Source of the DNA: Candidatus Dojkabacteria bacterium
GTDB taxonomy: Bacteria; Patescibacteriota; Dojkabacteria; J137
Length of the DNA stretch: 64,000 bases
Assembly: GCA_025999215.1 (NCBI GenBank)
Contig: AP024679.1
Location: forward strand, 357,645 to 421,644
Direction: 5' to 3'
Shown here piece after piece: positions 17,890 through 28,148 of the stretch. Both the position numbers and the translations under genes were made by a program. Under the pieces are notes generated by a model. The model saw only the letters and a list, made by a program, of their open reading frames with translations, did not search any database and was not told the origin of the DNA. The first letter of the stretch is position 1. Each line of letters begins with the position of its first letter.

Positions 17890-18870
17890 ATGGCGAAGGA
17901 AAAAGAGAAAAAAACTGACGCAAAAGTGTCAGACGATAAAGCCTCAAAAGCTTCAGACCAAGTTAAGGTTAAATTACCTTCAATTGAAGAAATGCTTGAG
18001 GCTGGTGTTCAATTTGGACACGAAACAAAAAGATGGAATCCCAAAATGCGTGATTTCATTTTTACATCAAAAGAAAAAATCCACATTATTGATGTAACCC
18101 AAACTCTTGAAAATTTACAAAAGGCTGTAGAATTTTTGGTAAATATTGCATCAAAGGGAGAAGTTTTGTTTGTGGGAACCAAAAAGCAAGCTCAAGCGAT
18201 AGTTAGACGAGAAGCGGTAAGAGCGGGAGCTCATTTTGTTGATCGGAGATGGGCAGGAGGGCTTTTGACTAATTTTGAAGTTATACAAAAAAGTATAAAT
18301 AAATTGAATGAACTTGAAAGGCAGTTTGAAGAAGGCGTTAAAGATAGAACTAAGTTTGAAATTTCTCAAATGAAAAAAGAATGGTCTAGGTTAGATAAAC
18401 TATACTCTGGTGTTAAGCAAATGAAATCTAAGCCTGTTGCTGCTGTGATAGTTGATATTAAATACGATCGTGGCGCTTTGAAAGAGTGTAGGCAGTTAGG
18501 TATTCCTGTGGTTGCATTGGTTGATACTAATGTTGATCCAGAGCTTGTAAATTATCCAGTACCTTCAAATGATGATGCACTAAAGGTTTTAGAAATGATG
18601 ATTAAGGTTTTTGCTGATGCTGTGCTTGAAGGCAATAAAGGTAAAGGCGTGCAACATCATCTTGAAAATTATCTAGAGAAACAGATTGCAGTATTACATT
18701 CGGAAGATGAAAGTGATAGTGAGAGTACTGTTGTTGCAAATGAAGAAGATTCATCACCAAAAAAGGTTACTGTAAAGAAACAAGTTAAGAGTGTAAGAAA
18801 GAAAGCTGAAAAAGTACAAGCAAAAGGAATTTTGGAAAAAGTTCAAAAAGCTAAAGAGCAAGAAAAATAA
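17890..18870 (+). CDS. rpsB: 30S ribosomal protein uS2 with N- and C-terminal extensions
   Basis: EMLEAGVQFGH, RWNPKM, RWAGGLLTNF, VDTNVDP, NDD. Confidence 0.97.
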   Translation: MAKEKEKKTDAKVSDDKASKASDQVKVKLPSIEEMLEAGVQFGHETKRWNPKMRDFIFTSKEKIHIIDVTQTLENLQKAVEFLVNIASKGEVLFVGTKKQAQAIVRREAVRAGAHFVDRRWAGGLLTNFEVIQKSINKLNELERQFEEGVKDRTKFEISQMKKEWSRLDKLYSGVKQMKSKPVAAVIVDIKYDRGALKECRQLGIPVVALVDTNVDPELVNYPVPSNDDALKVLEMMIKVFADAVLEGNKGKGVQHHLENYLEKQIAVLHSEDESDSESTVVANEEDSSPKKVTVKKQVKSVRKKAEKVQAKGILEKVQKAKEQEK

Positions 18871-18894
18871 TTTTAATTTGTTAATTAAAAAAAT

Positions 18895-19503
18895 ATGTCT
18901 ATAGAATTAATAAAAGAGCTAAGAGAAAAAACAGGCGCAGGTATCAGCGCTATTCAAGAAGCTTTAGAAGAATCTAACGGAGATGTAGAAAAAGCGATAA
19001 TATATTTGAGGCAAAAAGGCGTTACTAAAGGGGAAAAAAGAGCTGGAAAGCAAGCTAATGAAGGAATTATTTCAACTTATGTTCATCACAACAATAGGTT
19101 GGTTGTGGTTGTTGAAGTTAATACAGAAACTGATTTTGCTGCTAACTCTGAAGATTTGCAAAAATTTGCGAAAGATTTGGCAGTTCATATTGCGGCTATG
19201 AATCCTCGAGCAATTAGCTTAGAAGATCTTGATTCAAGTTTAGTGGAGAAGGAAAAAGCTGTTTTTGAAAAAGAGCTGGAAGGTAAACCTGAAGAGGTAA
19301 AACAAAAAATAGTTGAAGGTAAAATGCAAAAATTTTATGAAGAAAATGTGTTGCTTAAACAATCTCTGTTTTCAGATGATAGTAAAACGGTAGAAGATTA
19401 TTTAAACGAGATGGTTGCAAAAATTGGTGAGAAGATTGTTATTAGATATTTTTATAGATTTGAATTAGGAAAGCCTGTTGTATTTAGCGAAGCTAAAGAG
19501 TAA
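18895..19503 (+). CDS. tsf: Elongation factor Ts, short form
   Basis: IKELREKTGAG, EVNTETDF, GEKIVIR. Confidence 0.96.
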   Translation: MSIELIKELREKTGAGISAIQEALEESNGDVEKAIIYLRQKGVTKGEKRAGKQANEGIISTYVHHNNRLVVVVEVNTETDFAANSEDLQKFAKDLAVHIAAMNPRAISLEDLDSSLVEKEKAVFEKELEGKPEEVKQKIVEGKMQKFYEENVLLKQSLFSDDSKTVEDYLNEMVAKIGEKIVIRYFYRFELGKPVVFSEAKE

Positions 19504-19533
19504 TTTTAGACTTTATTTTTTACTATCATAAAA

Positions 19534-20079
19534 ATGCTTTACAACGAAGCAGAACTCAAAAACAAATTAGAAAAAATAGTAAAGTCCTTTGAGACAGAGA
19601 TTAAAAAAATTCGATCTGGAAAAGCTAGTATGGATATTTTTGAAAACATTGAAGTCAATGCTTATGGAACAAAGAATAAATTGACCGCAGTTGCAAATGT
19701 TATGATAGAAGATGCCCTAAATGTAAGAATAAATATTTGGGATAAAAGTGTTGTACCGAATGTTGAAGAAGCTATTAGAGATGCAAATTTGGGTGCATCT
19801 ATAATTATAGAAAAAGATCATATTAGATTAAGATTTTCTCCTCTTACCGAAGAGGTTAGGCTTGCAAGTGTAAAAGAGTTAAGAAGATTGTTAGAAGAGT
19901 ATAAAATAAAAATTAGACAAGTTAGACAAGATTTTTTGAAAGACTTAGGGGAGTTAGACGGTGTATCAGAAGACGAACAAAAAAGAGATGAAAAAAGCAT
20001 TCAAAAACATATAGACGATTATATAGCTAAGTTAGACAACATAGCTAAAAATAAAGAAGAATCAATTATGAAGCTCTAA
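19534..20079 (+). CDS. frr: Ribosome recycling factor
   Basis: KIRSGKAS, PLTEE, VSEDE. Confidence 0.93.
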   Translation: MLYNEAELKNKLEKIVKSFETEIKKIRSGKASMDIFENIEVNAYGTKNKLTAVANVMIEDALNVRINIWDKSVVPNVEEAIRDANLGASIIIEKDHIRLRFSPLTEEVRLASVKELRRLLEEYKIKIRQVRQDFLKDLGELDGVSEDEQKRDEKSIQKHIDDYIAKLDNIAKNKEESIMKL

Positions 20080-20086
20080 AGCAAAC

Positions 20087-21496
20087 ATGACTTTTTTTAT
20101 CACCACCACAATAACGCTGTTAATAATTAGTTTTCTTGTTTTTATACACGAGTTTGGACACTTTGCAGCAGCAAGGTTGACCGGTGTTAAAGTCAAAGAA
20201 TTTTCAATTGGATTTGGAAAGTCAATTTTTCAATTTGTAAAAGGTGAAACAAAGTATAAAATTGGAATAGTGCCTCTGGGTGGTTATGTGCAACTTGAAG
20301 GGGAGCAAAGCGATACTGGACCAGATAGTTTCAGATCAAAGCCTTACTTATCAAAATTTTTTATTCTAGTTGCAGGAGTGCTGATGAACTTGTTGTTTGC
20401 AGTTGTATTTTTTGCAATTTCATTATCTAGTTCAAATTATAGGTTTGTTGTACCTAAATTTGGCGATTTTCAATTTAGTAATGTAGAGAAAGTAATTGAT
20501 GCATACCCTGTAACTTTTGCTGATATATCTCCAAATTCACCAATTGCTGCTTATTGGGATCAAGATGAACTTACAATAATATCAATTAACAATCAAAGAT
20601 TTGAAAACTATCAACAGTTTAAGGATCTTTTTGATCAAAACATAGGAAAAATTGTGCAAGTTGAAGCGATAGATTTAGAGAATTTTGAAATCCAAAATTT
20701 AGAATTAGTTCTTGGTGATAATCAAAGTCCTCAAGTAAGTAACGTTTACATAGTTGATGTTGATGAAACCAGCCCATTGAAAAATTTAATATATCCTGGC
20801 GATCAAGTAATTAGCATTAATGGAATTGTTCCAAATAGCCCAGATGAATTTAATAAAATAATTGATCAAAATGAAGGAAAAGAGATTAATTTAAAAATTT
20901 TAAGAAACGGGCAAGAGGTTGAAATAAAATTTACTCCAATTCTTCAAGATAAAATAAACATAAATGGCGAAGAATTTAAAATTTATTTGAAAGCTTTATT
21001 AGCCCAATACGAATATGGTTATGCTGTAATTTATGATAGTGAAACTAATAGGTCTGCTTATTTTATTCAGTACAAGCCAAGTATCTTATCAGGAGTTTTT
21101 ATGGTTTATGATTTAACACGATATCAATTTGTTGCGCTTGCAAATATTTTTACAACTGCGCAGCAAACAGGTGATTTGACAGAGATATCTAATTCGTTTG
21201 GTGGTGTTGCTCAAGTTGGTGATCAAGTAGGCCAAGTCGTTGAACTCCAAGCGTTCAGTTTTTTGGTTCCGTTAGCAGGTTTAATCAGTTTGGCTTTAGC
21301 AACATTTAACATTTTACCTTTTCCAGCGCTTGATGGTGGGCAAGTAGTTGTGATCACGATTGAATCTCTGATTAGGCGACCTATTCCCGATAGAGTTTTA
21401 TCCATTATTAATACAGCAGGTTTTATTGTGTTGATTATTTTTGGAATTTTGGTTACAATCAAGGACGTAATTCAGCTTGGTTGGATTAATTTTTAA
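20087..21496 (+). CDS. rseP: RseP-type M50 intramembrane metalloprotease with PDZ domains
   Basis: HEFGH, FSIGFG, PLGGYV, NILPFPALDGG. Confidence 0.92.
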   Translation: MTFFITTTITLLIISFLVFIHEFGHFAAARLTGVKVKEFSIGFGKSIFQFVKGETKYKIGIVPLGGYVQLEGEQSDTGPDSFRSKPYLSKFFILVAGVLMNLLFAVVFFAISLSSSNYRFVVPKFGDFQFSNVEKVIDAYPVTFADISPNSPIAAYWDQDELTIISINNQRFENYQQFKDLFDQNIGKIVQVEAIDLENFEIQNLELVLGDNQSPQVSNVYIVDVDETSPLKNLIYPGDQVISINGIVPNSPDEFNKIIDQNEGKEINLKILRNGQEVEIKFTPILQDKININGEEFKIYLKALLAQYEYGYAVIYDSETNRSAYFIQYKPSILSGVFMVYDLTRYQFVALANIFTTAQQTGDLTEISNSFGGVAQVGDQVGQVVELQAFSFLVPLAGLISLALATFNILPFPALDGGQVVVITIESLIRRPIPDRVLSIINTAGFIVLIIFGILVTIKDVIQLGWINF

Positions 21497-21514
21497 GAAG
21501 AATTTAAATACTAT

Positions 21515-21542
21515 TTGAAAAAGTAAAAAATTTTGTTATAAT
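21515..21542 (+). promoter_or_regulatory. Sigma70 promoter for rpsU
   Basis: TTGAAA-16 nt-TATAAT with extended -10 TG. Confidence 0.6.
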
Positions 21543-21572
21543 CAACTTGTAATTTTTATAAAACAATAGTTT

Positions 21573-21773
21573 ATGTCAGTAATAGTTCACGAAGACATGT
21601 CAATTGATTTAGCTCTCAGATTGCTTTGGAGAGAAGCTATGCGTGAGGGTATAATTGAAGCATTGCAAAAAAAACGATATTACATTCCACCTTCTGTTGA
21701 GAGGCATCAAGTAAAAAAAGTTTGGCAAAAGGCAAAAAAACGAAGAGCTAGGATGAGGAGGAGAAATAAGTAA
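21573..21773 (+). CDS. rpsU: 30S ribosomal protein bS21
   Basis: SIDLALR...KRYYIPPSVER, basic tail, 66 aa. Confidence 0.8.
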   Translation: MSVIVHEDMSIDLALRLLWREAMREGIIEALQKKRYYIPPSVERHQVKKVWQKAKKRRARMRRRNK

Positions 21774-21823
21774 AAACATTTTTTGAAGTTATGCTAAAAT
21801 ATTCCCAGTTAAAAACTTAATTA

Positions 21824-23236
21824 ATGAGTGTTGTATATAGAAAATACAGACCTCAAACATTCTCAGATGTTTTAGGGCAAGATCATGTAGTCAAAATACT
21901 CAAAGAGGCAATAAAACAAGACAAACTTTCTCATGCGTACCTGTTTAGTGGACCTCGAGGTACAGGCAAAACTACAATGGCTAGATTACTTGCCAAAGCT
22001 GTGAATTGTGTTAATTTCCATGAAAATGAAGATGTATGTAATGAGTGTAGTGTGTGTCTTGAAGTGAATTCAGGAAGCGCACTGGATGTCATTGAAATGG
22101 ATGCTGCTTCCAATCGGGGAATTGAAGAAATTAGGACTCTTAAAGACGGAATTAATTTTGCGCCTAATAGTTTTAACAAAAAAATTTACATAATTGATGA
22201 AGCGCACATGTTGACTAAGGATGCTTTCAATGCGCTTTTAAAAACTCTCGAAGAACCACCAAATCATGTGTTGTTTGTGCTTGCAACTACTGAAGCTCAT
22301 AAATTGCCTATAACAATTCTTTCAAGAGTCCAGAGATTTGATTTCAGATTGGCAGACAAAGCAAAAGTTATAGAAAAACTAACAAAAATTTTTGCTCAAG
22401 AGGGTCTTGATGTTGAAGAGCAGGTTTATGAAATCATTTATAATCACTCAAAGGGAAGTTTTAGGGATGCAGAAAGTTTGGTTGGTAAAATACTAAGTAG
22501 CGCAGGTGGTCAAATGATTTCTAAAGATTATGTTTTTGAAGTCTTAGGACTAGTGCCAGAAGATATTGTTAGGAAGTTTTTAAATAGCTTAATTGAGAAA
22601 AACCATGAAAAAGCCTTAGAGATTATTGAAAATGTAAATTCTCAAGGGCAAAATGTTTCTGTTTTTATAGACCAAGTTTTAAGTTATTTGGAAGAGCTTT
22701 TAATAGAAGGTAGAGTAAATAGAGGAGTTTTAATTAAAATTTCTAAGTTACTAATACAAGCAAAATTGGATATGAAGTATCTAAATGATAAACTATTTCC
22801 ACTTAAAGTAGCTATTTTTGAATTAACTCAAAATTCTGGTAATTTAACCAATTTGGTAGAAAGTAGTGTAGAGAGAAAAAACGAACCTAGAGTAAAAAAA
22901 GAAAAAAAAATCGAAGAAATTAAACAGAATGAAGAACCTGATCAAAATAATAGAGTAGGTGATTTACGCCAAATTTTGTTACAAAGTGAAAAATTACCAA
23001 TGATTATAAAAACTCAGCTACAAACTACCAAAATAACTAATAAAAATGGTAAAATTGAGATAGAGTGTGAGGAGGAGATTGTGAATTTTTTAGATAAAGC
23101 TGATAAAAAAAATTTATTGTTAAGCGCTTTAAAAGAGCATGGTTTTGGTGAAATTGATATAATTTTTAGGGTGTTGGAAAATAATCTTGATCAAGAAGAA
23201 GATAATTCAGATTTGGTTGAAAGTATTATTCTATAG
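21824..23236 (+). CDS. dnaX: DNA polymerase III gamma/tau
   Basis: YRKYRPQTF, GPRGTGKTT, DAASNRG, IIDEAHML, LKTLEEPP. Confidence 0.97.
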   Translation: MSVVYRKYRPQTFSDVLGQDHVVKILKEAIKQDKLSHAYLFSGPRGTGKTTMARLLAKAVNCVNFHENEDVCNECSVCLEVNSGSALDVIEMDAASNRGIEEIRTLKDGINFAPNSFNKKIYIIDEAHMLTKDAFNALLKTLEEPPNHVLFVLATTEAHKLPITILSRVQRFDFRLADKAKVIEKLTKIFAQEGLDVEEQVYEIIYNHSKGSFRDAESLVGKILSSAGGQMISKDYVFEVLGLVPEDIVRKFLNSLIEKNHEKALEIIENVNSQGQNVSVFIDQVLSYLEELLIEGRVNRGVLIKISKLLIQAKLDMKYLNDKLFPLKVAIFELTQNSGNLTNLVESSVERKNEPRVKKEKKIEEIKQNEEPDQNNRVGDLRQILLQSEKLPMIIKTQLQTTKITNKNGKIEIECEEEIVNFLDKADKKNLLLSALKEHGFGEIDIIFRVLENNLDQEEDNSDLVESIIL

Positions 23237-23257
23237 TTTATTTTTTAAAATTTTTGT

Positions 23258-23581
23258 ATGGGAATTCTTGATACAACGAAATTAGCTTTAAAAGCTCGAC
23301 AGGCACAAAAGAAAATGAAAAAGATGGAAGTTGTTGGTTCAGATGATAAGGATATTTTTAGAGTTTTGTTAAATGGTTTAGGGGAAGTGGTTGCTACTGA
23401 GTTAAATGTTGAAAGTTTATCAAGTGAATTAGGTGATGAATTAACGAGCGAACAGTTGGAAAAATTAAAAACAATAATTGAAGATAGCGTTAAACAAGCA
23501 ATGCAAACTGCTAAAAAGAACTTAGAAAAAGAGATTGCTAGTTCAACAAGCTTGGACGATTTAAAAGATTTGTTTTCGTAA
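23258..23581 (+). CDS. YbaB/EbfC nucleoid-associated protein (divergent)
   Basis: 107 aa, conserved dnaX-ybaB-recR synteny, KARQAQKKM...VLLNG. Confidence 0.75.
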   Translation: MGILDTTKLALKARQAQKKMKKMEVVGSDDKDIFRVLLNGLGEVVATELNVESLSSELGDELTSEQLEKLKTIIEDSVKQAMQTAKKNLEKEIASSTSLDDLKDLFS

Positions 23582-24186
23582 TGGCAAGGTTACCTCAAGA
23601 AATACAAAGAGTAAGTGAAATGTTCTCCAGTTTTCCTGGGATTGGACCAAAATTATCTTATCGCTTGGGATTATTTGCGGCTATTAAAGGTAAACAAAAT
23701 GCTCAAAATTTGGTAGACTCCATCAACAAAATGCTGAGAGTAATTACAGTTTGCAAGGAGTGCGGAAATGTTGCTAGTCAAAACATTTGTGATATTTGCA
23801 ATGATCCAAAAAGAGACAAAGAAACGATTGTGGTAGTTGAAGATTCTCTAGATCTTTATAGTATTGAAGATACAAAAGTTTATAATGGTCTTTATCACGT
23901 TTTGCAAGGTGTAATTTCACCGATCAATGGGGTTACGCCTGATGATTTAACAATTTCACTGTTGCTTCAAAGGGTTAAGTCTGGAAATGTCAAAGAGGTT
24001 GTTTTTGCGCTAAATCCAACAGTGGAAGGAGATTCAACTGTTTTATATATTCAAAAGAAGATACAAGAGATAAACTCTCAGATTAAAACAACCAGACTCG
24101 CTAAAGGAATTCCTTCTGGTAGTGATTTAGAGTTTATTGCACCGCAAACCATAGCAGAAAGTTTAAAAAGAAGAGATATCATTTAG
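23581..24186 (+). CDS. recR: Recombination mediator RecR
   Basis: PGIGPK, CKECGN..CDIC, YHVLQGVISP, NPTVEGD. Confidence 0.96.
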   Translation: MARLPQEIQRVSEMFSSFPGIGPKLSYRLGLFAAIKGKQNAQNLVDSINKMLRVITVCKECGNVASQNICDICNDPKRDKETIVVVEDSLDLYSIEDTKVYNGLYHVLQGVISPINGVTPDDLTISLLLQRVKSGNVKEVVFALNPTVEGDSTVLYIQKKIQEINSQIKTTRLAKGIPSGSDLEFIAPQTIAESLKRRDII

Positions 24187-24195
24187 CTTAAAAAT

Positions 24196-24663
24196 ATGAA
24201 GAAAGTAGTTATATTGGATGATAATATCGAAATTAGACAAAAAATTAAGAGAATTTTAGGTAAATTTATTGCTGATGGATTTAAATTACAAATATTTGCA
24301 GATAAAAACGAAATTGAAGGATTAAATTTAATTTTTAGGTACTCTCCTGATTTAGTAATTATAGATTTGACTTTGCCGAAAAACTCAGGAATGGAGGTAA
24401 TTATGTATTTAAATTCTAATCAAGAAATAGTTGCTAATTCCAAAATTATAATTTTGGCAGAAAATCCGGATGATATCCGCACTTTAAATTTATCTGAAAA
24501 TTTTATAGTATTTGATAAGACTGAAAAAAATATTTTCATGAAATTAGAAAGAGAGTTAGCTAAATTTTTAGAAGTGAAAGAGAAAGCTAGTTTTGCAGGT
24601 AGATTAAAAGAATATTCTGCAAACAAATTAGAGTTTTTAAATAAAATTTTTTTAAAAAGGTAA
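24196..24663 (+). CDS. Stand-alone response regulator receiver protein
   Basis: VVILDDN, PDLVIIDLTLPKNSG; no recognisable output domain. Confidence 0.8.
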   Translation: MKKVVILDDNIEIRQKIKRILGKFIADGFKLQIFADKNEIEGLNLIFRYSPDLVIIDLTLPKNSGMEVIMYLNSNQEIVANSKIIILAENPDDIRTLNLSENFIVFDKTEKNIFMKLERELAKFLEVKEKASFAGRLKEYSANKLEFLNKIFLKR

Positions 24664-24733
24664 AAATATTTTACTAATTGTGAAATTTATATTATAATTC
24701 AATCGTTATTATTTATTCGTTAAAGATAGTAAT

Positions 24734-25027
24734 ATGCAAACAGATTATGAGCTAATGGTAGTGCTAAAGCCACTTTTGATGGAGGATATTAAAGATAAAA
24801 TTATCCCAAAGATAAGTAAAGAAGTAAAAAAACTTGGTGGAACTTTAGAACTCAAAGATAACATGGGTAAGAGAATCCTTGCTTATCCTATCAAGGGTTA
24901 TAAAGAAGGGTATTATTTAGTGTACAAATTAACAATAGATTCTGATAAAATAAATGAACTAAATAATTGGCTCAAAATTTATGACGCGCTTTTACGTCAT
25001 TTAATTATTAGAGAAGATCAACTTTAA
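24734..25027 (+). CDS. rpsF: 30S ribosomal protein bS6
   Basis: YELMVVLKP, GKRILAYPI, LRHLII. Confidence 0.95.
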   Translation: MQTDYELMVVLKPLLMEDIKDKIIPKISKEVKKLGGTLELKDNMGKRILAYPIKGYKEGYYLVYKLTIDSDKINELNNWLKIYDALLRHLIIREDQL

Positions 25028-25051
25028 TTTTTATTTTTTATTATAGAAAAC

Positions 25052-25534
25052 ATGGCAAAGGCAAGATCTTTAAACAAAGTAATATTAATAGGAAACTTAA
25101 CTCGAGACCCTGTCTTAAGAGAAACTTCAAACGGAGTTTTGGTGTGCACTTTCGGGGTTGCAACAAATAGTTCATGGAAAGATTCTAACGGTGAGGTTCA
25201 AGAAAGAGCTGAATTTCATAACATTGTTGCATTCAATAAACTTGCTGAAATTTGCGCTCAAGTCTTGGCAGTTGGTATGTATGTATACATTGAAGGAGAA
25301 CTTCGAACAAGAGTAAAAACTGATGCTAATGGTAATAAAGTTTATCGAACCGAAGTTAAGCTAAATGACATGTTGCTTTTGGATGCAAAAGAGAAACAAG
25401 GAGTTGGGATTGAAGCTGCTAGGGAAGCAGGTAAAAGTCTTCCCGCAAGAGAAGGTGATGATGAAGTAGCTTTAGATGATGCTAACAATGAGCAATCATC
25501 TGATGAAGATTTTAATGAAGAAGAATTATTTTAG
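25052..25534 (+). CDS. ssb: Single-stranded DNA-binding protein
   Basis: LNKVILIGNLTRDP, YIEGELRTR, acidic tail ending ELF. Confidence 0.96.
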   Translation: MAKARSLNKVILIGNLTRDPVLRETSNGVLVCTFGVATNSSWKDSNGEVQERAEFHNIVAFNKLAEICAQVLAVGMYVYIEGELRTRVKTDANGNKVYRTEVKLNDMLLLDAKEKQGVGIEAAREAGKSLPAREGDDEVALDDANNEQSSDEDFNEEELF

Positions 25535-25556
25535 TCATAAATTTTAAAGGTTGGTT

Positions 25557-25808
25557 ATGTCCAAAGAAAAAAAGAATGTTGAAGAACAATTTGAACAATC
25601 AAATGTAACTTTGTCTTGTCCATTTCAAGGTGGACCTGATAGCATTGATTACAAAGATATAAATACTCTAAAAAAATTCATTACGACTAGAGGTAGGATT
25701 TTGCCACCTTCTAAAACTGGGGTGTGCGCAAAGTGCCAAAGAAAACTTGCAAAGTCTATCAAACGAGCAAGGCAAGTAGCTTTGTTGCCATACACTCAGT
25801 ATGTCTAA
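25557..25808 (+). CDS. rpsR: 30S ribosomal protein bS18
   Basis: [32 protein letters not shown]. Confidence 0.96.
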   Translation: MSKEKKNVEEQFEQSNVTLSCPFQGGPDSIDYKDINTLKKFITTRGRILPPSKTGVCAKCQRKLAKSIKRARQVALLPYTQYV

Positions 25809-25826
25809 GTTTAAAATGCTATCAAA

Positions 25827-27077
25827 ATGAAAAATGTTAGAGATACGGCTAGAGAAGTTTTTCCTTTTTGGGTAGTTTCAGCACTTTTTGCTGGAATTGC
25901 TTTTGGGATAACTTTGACTAAAATTCCAAATTTTTTAAATTCTGCTCAAGAAAGAGTTAATCAGTCAACATATCAAGCTGGTGGTTTGGAAGATTTAAAT
26001 TTAGATACTAAGCTTTTCAATGAAGTTTACAAGTATCTAAATACTACTTACATTGGAGAGATTCCGGAATCAAAAGAAATAGAATATGGTCTAATAAAAG
26101 GCTTGATAAATTCTTTAAATGATGAATATACTAGCTTCTTAACCCCGGAGGAGGCTAAACTCTATCAAGATAGTTTAGTGGAAAATTTTGAAGGAATTGG
26201 GGTAACATTATCATACAATGGTGAATATACTTACGTAGAAACAGTATTGGAGGGATTGCCCGCGTACCAAAATGGGATTTTACCTGGTGATGTTATTTTG
26301 AGAGTTGATGATGAAGATGTAACTGGAAAATTACCACAGTTAGTAGCAAGTAAGATTAGAGGAGAGAGAGGAACTGAGGTAAAGTTAACTATCTTTCGAT
26401 CGCTGGAGGGTGGTTTGGGTGAAACTAAAGAATTTAGAATAATTCGAGATAAAATAGTTGTAGAAAATATAATGTGGAAAGAAAAAGAAGATGGCTTGGT
26501 GGTAATTGATATTTCGCAGTTTAATGCATCAAGTCTTGATGAATTTAAGAAAAATTGGGATGAAGTAGTAGCTGAAGTAAGTAATCTTGATAATTTAGAT
26601 GGTATTGTTGTAGATTTAAGAAATAATCCTGGTGGACTGGTTGCAGGAGTAAGTTACATTTTGGAAGAATTTTTGAATGAAGGAAACGTAATTTATGGTG
26701 AGAGATCTAAAAGTCAAAGGACCGCTTATTATAAAGATAGTAGGGAGGGTAAGTTTGAAAATGTAGAGCTAGTTGTGCTAGTTAATGAAGGTAGTGCATC
26801 AGCTTCAGAAATTTTTGCAGGTGCAATTCAAGAAAATAATCGAGGCGAGGTTGTTGGTATGCCGACTGTTGGAAAGGGAGTAGAGCAAATAATTATTGAT
26901 TTTGAAGATGGTAGTATGTTGATTTTAGTTTTTCAAGAATGGCTCACTCCGTCAGGCAGAGTTTTGAATAAAGAAAATCCAATAATCCCAGATATCGAGG
27001 TTGATTATACAATAGAGGATTTTGAAAATGGGGTTGATCCGCAGATGGAAAAAGCCTTAGAGTTATTGAGATCTTAA
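25827..27077 (+). CDS. S41 carboxyl-terminal processing protease (TM-PDZ-peptidase)
   Basis: FEGIG, DLRNNPGG, SASASEI, TVGKG. Confidence 0.92.
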   Translation: MKNVRDTAREVFPFWVVSALFAGIAFGITLTKIPNFLNSAQERVNQSTYQAGGLEDLNLDTKLFNEVYKYLNTTYIGEIPESKEIEYGLIKGLINSLNDEYTSFLTPEEAKLYQDSLVENFEGIGVTLSYNGEYTYVETVLEGLPAYQNGILPGDVILRVDDEDVTGKLPQLVASKIRGERGTEVKLTIFRSLEGGLGETKEFRIIRDKIVVENIMWKEKEDGLVVIDISQFNASSLDEFKKNWDEVVAEVSNLDNLDGIVVDLRNNPGGLVAGVSYILEEFLNEGNVIYGERSKSQRTAYYKDSREGKFENVELVVLVNEGSASASEIFAGAIQENNRGEVVGMPTVGKGVEQIIIDFEDGSMLILVFQEWLTPSGRVLNKENPIIPDIEVDYTIEDFENGVDPQMEKALELLRS

Positions 27078-28142
27078 AAAATCATTGACGCTATTTACAA
27101 TATCATCTATATCTCCATTCATTATGTCTTCAATATTGTACCAGGTTTTGGGTATTCTATGATCTGTAACTCTTCCTTGAGGAAAATTATAAGTTCTTAT
27201 TTTGACAGATCTATCGCCACTTTTGATTGCTTCTTGCCTTATTGATCCTGTTTCGCTTTGAAGTTTTTTATCTTCAATTTCTTGTAGCTTGCTAAGTAAA
27301 ATTGACATTGCCATTTCTTTGTTTTTGTGTTGAGATTTACCGTTTTGACAACTAACAACTATTCCAGTTGGTAAATGAGTAATTCTAACAGCAGAATCAG
27401 TGGTATTTACAGATTGACCTCCTGGACCGCTTGACCGAAATACATCAATTCTTAAATCTTGAGGGTCGATTTGTATTTCTGATTTTATTATTTGTGGGAT
27501 CACAACAACTGATGCACTTGATGTATGAATTCTTCCAGATGATTCAGTAGCCGGGATTCTCTGAACTCTATGCACTCCTGATTCAAATCGCAAATGACCA
27601 TAACTTCCTATTTCATCAACCAAAAAAATTACCTCGCTTATTCCCCCTTCGGTATTGTATGTTATTGAATAAATTTCAATTTTCCAATTAAGATTATTTA
27701 TATATTTGACATACATTTTATAAAGATCTTCTGCAAAAAGTGCTGCTTCGGTTCCTCCAACTCCTTGTCTAATTTCAATTATAGTTTTTTGGTCATCATT
27801 TTTAAGCGGTTTAATTGTTAAAATTTTGAGTTTTTTAGCTAAGTTAGATATGTTAGACATTATTTGCTCGTTTTCTTCTTCTGCTAGAGACCTGTATTCA
27901 TCATCTTGCATCAATTTTTTATTTTCTTCTATTTGTGAAAAAAGAGTTTCTAGTTTTGTACAAATTTCTAAAATCTCTTTAATTTTGTTGTATTTTTTAA
28001 TTGTTTTTATGGATTCATCAGATCCTGATGATAAAAAAACATTATCTTGGAGCTTTTTTGTTATCTCTTCAAATTCTCTTTCAAGAGATTTTAAATCAAT
28101 ATTAAAATGATTGAGTATATCTGAATAACTAGAATATTCCAT
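27063..28142 (-). CDS. prfA: Peptide chain release factor 1
   Basis: GVHRVQRIPATE (PxT specificity motif), SSGPGGQSVN, RTYNFPQ. Confidence 0.95.
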   Translation of the reverse strand: MEYSSYSDILNHFNIDLKSLEREFEEITKKLQDNVFLSSGSDESIKTIKKYNKIKEILEICTKLETLFSQIEENKKLMQDDEYRSLAEEENEQIMSNISNLAKKLKILTIKPLKNDDQKTIIEIRQGVGGTEAALFAEDLYKMYVKYINNLNWKIEIYSITYNTEGGISEVIFLVDEIGSYGHLRFESGVHRVQRIPATESSGRIHTSSASVVVIPQIIKSEIQIDPQDLRIDVFRSSGPGGQSVNTTDSAVRITHLPTGIVVSCQNGKSQHKNKEMAMSILLSKLQEIEDKKLQSETGSIRQEAIKSGDRSVKIRTYNFPQGRVTDHRIPKTWYNIEDIMNGDIDDIVNSVNDFLRSQ

Positions 28143-28148
28143 TTGAAT

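Noticed and set aside
27063-28142. Possible prfB with a programmed frameshift
   Set aside because: The PAT motif identifies RF1 and the ORF is continuous
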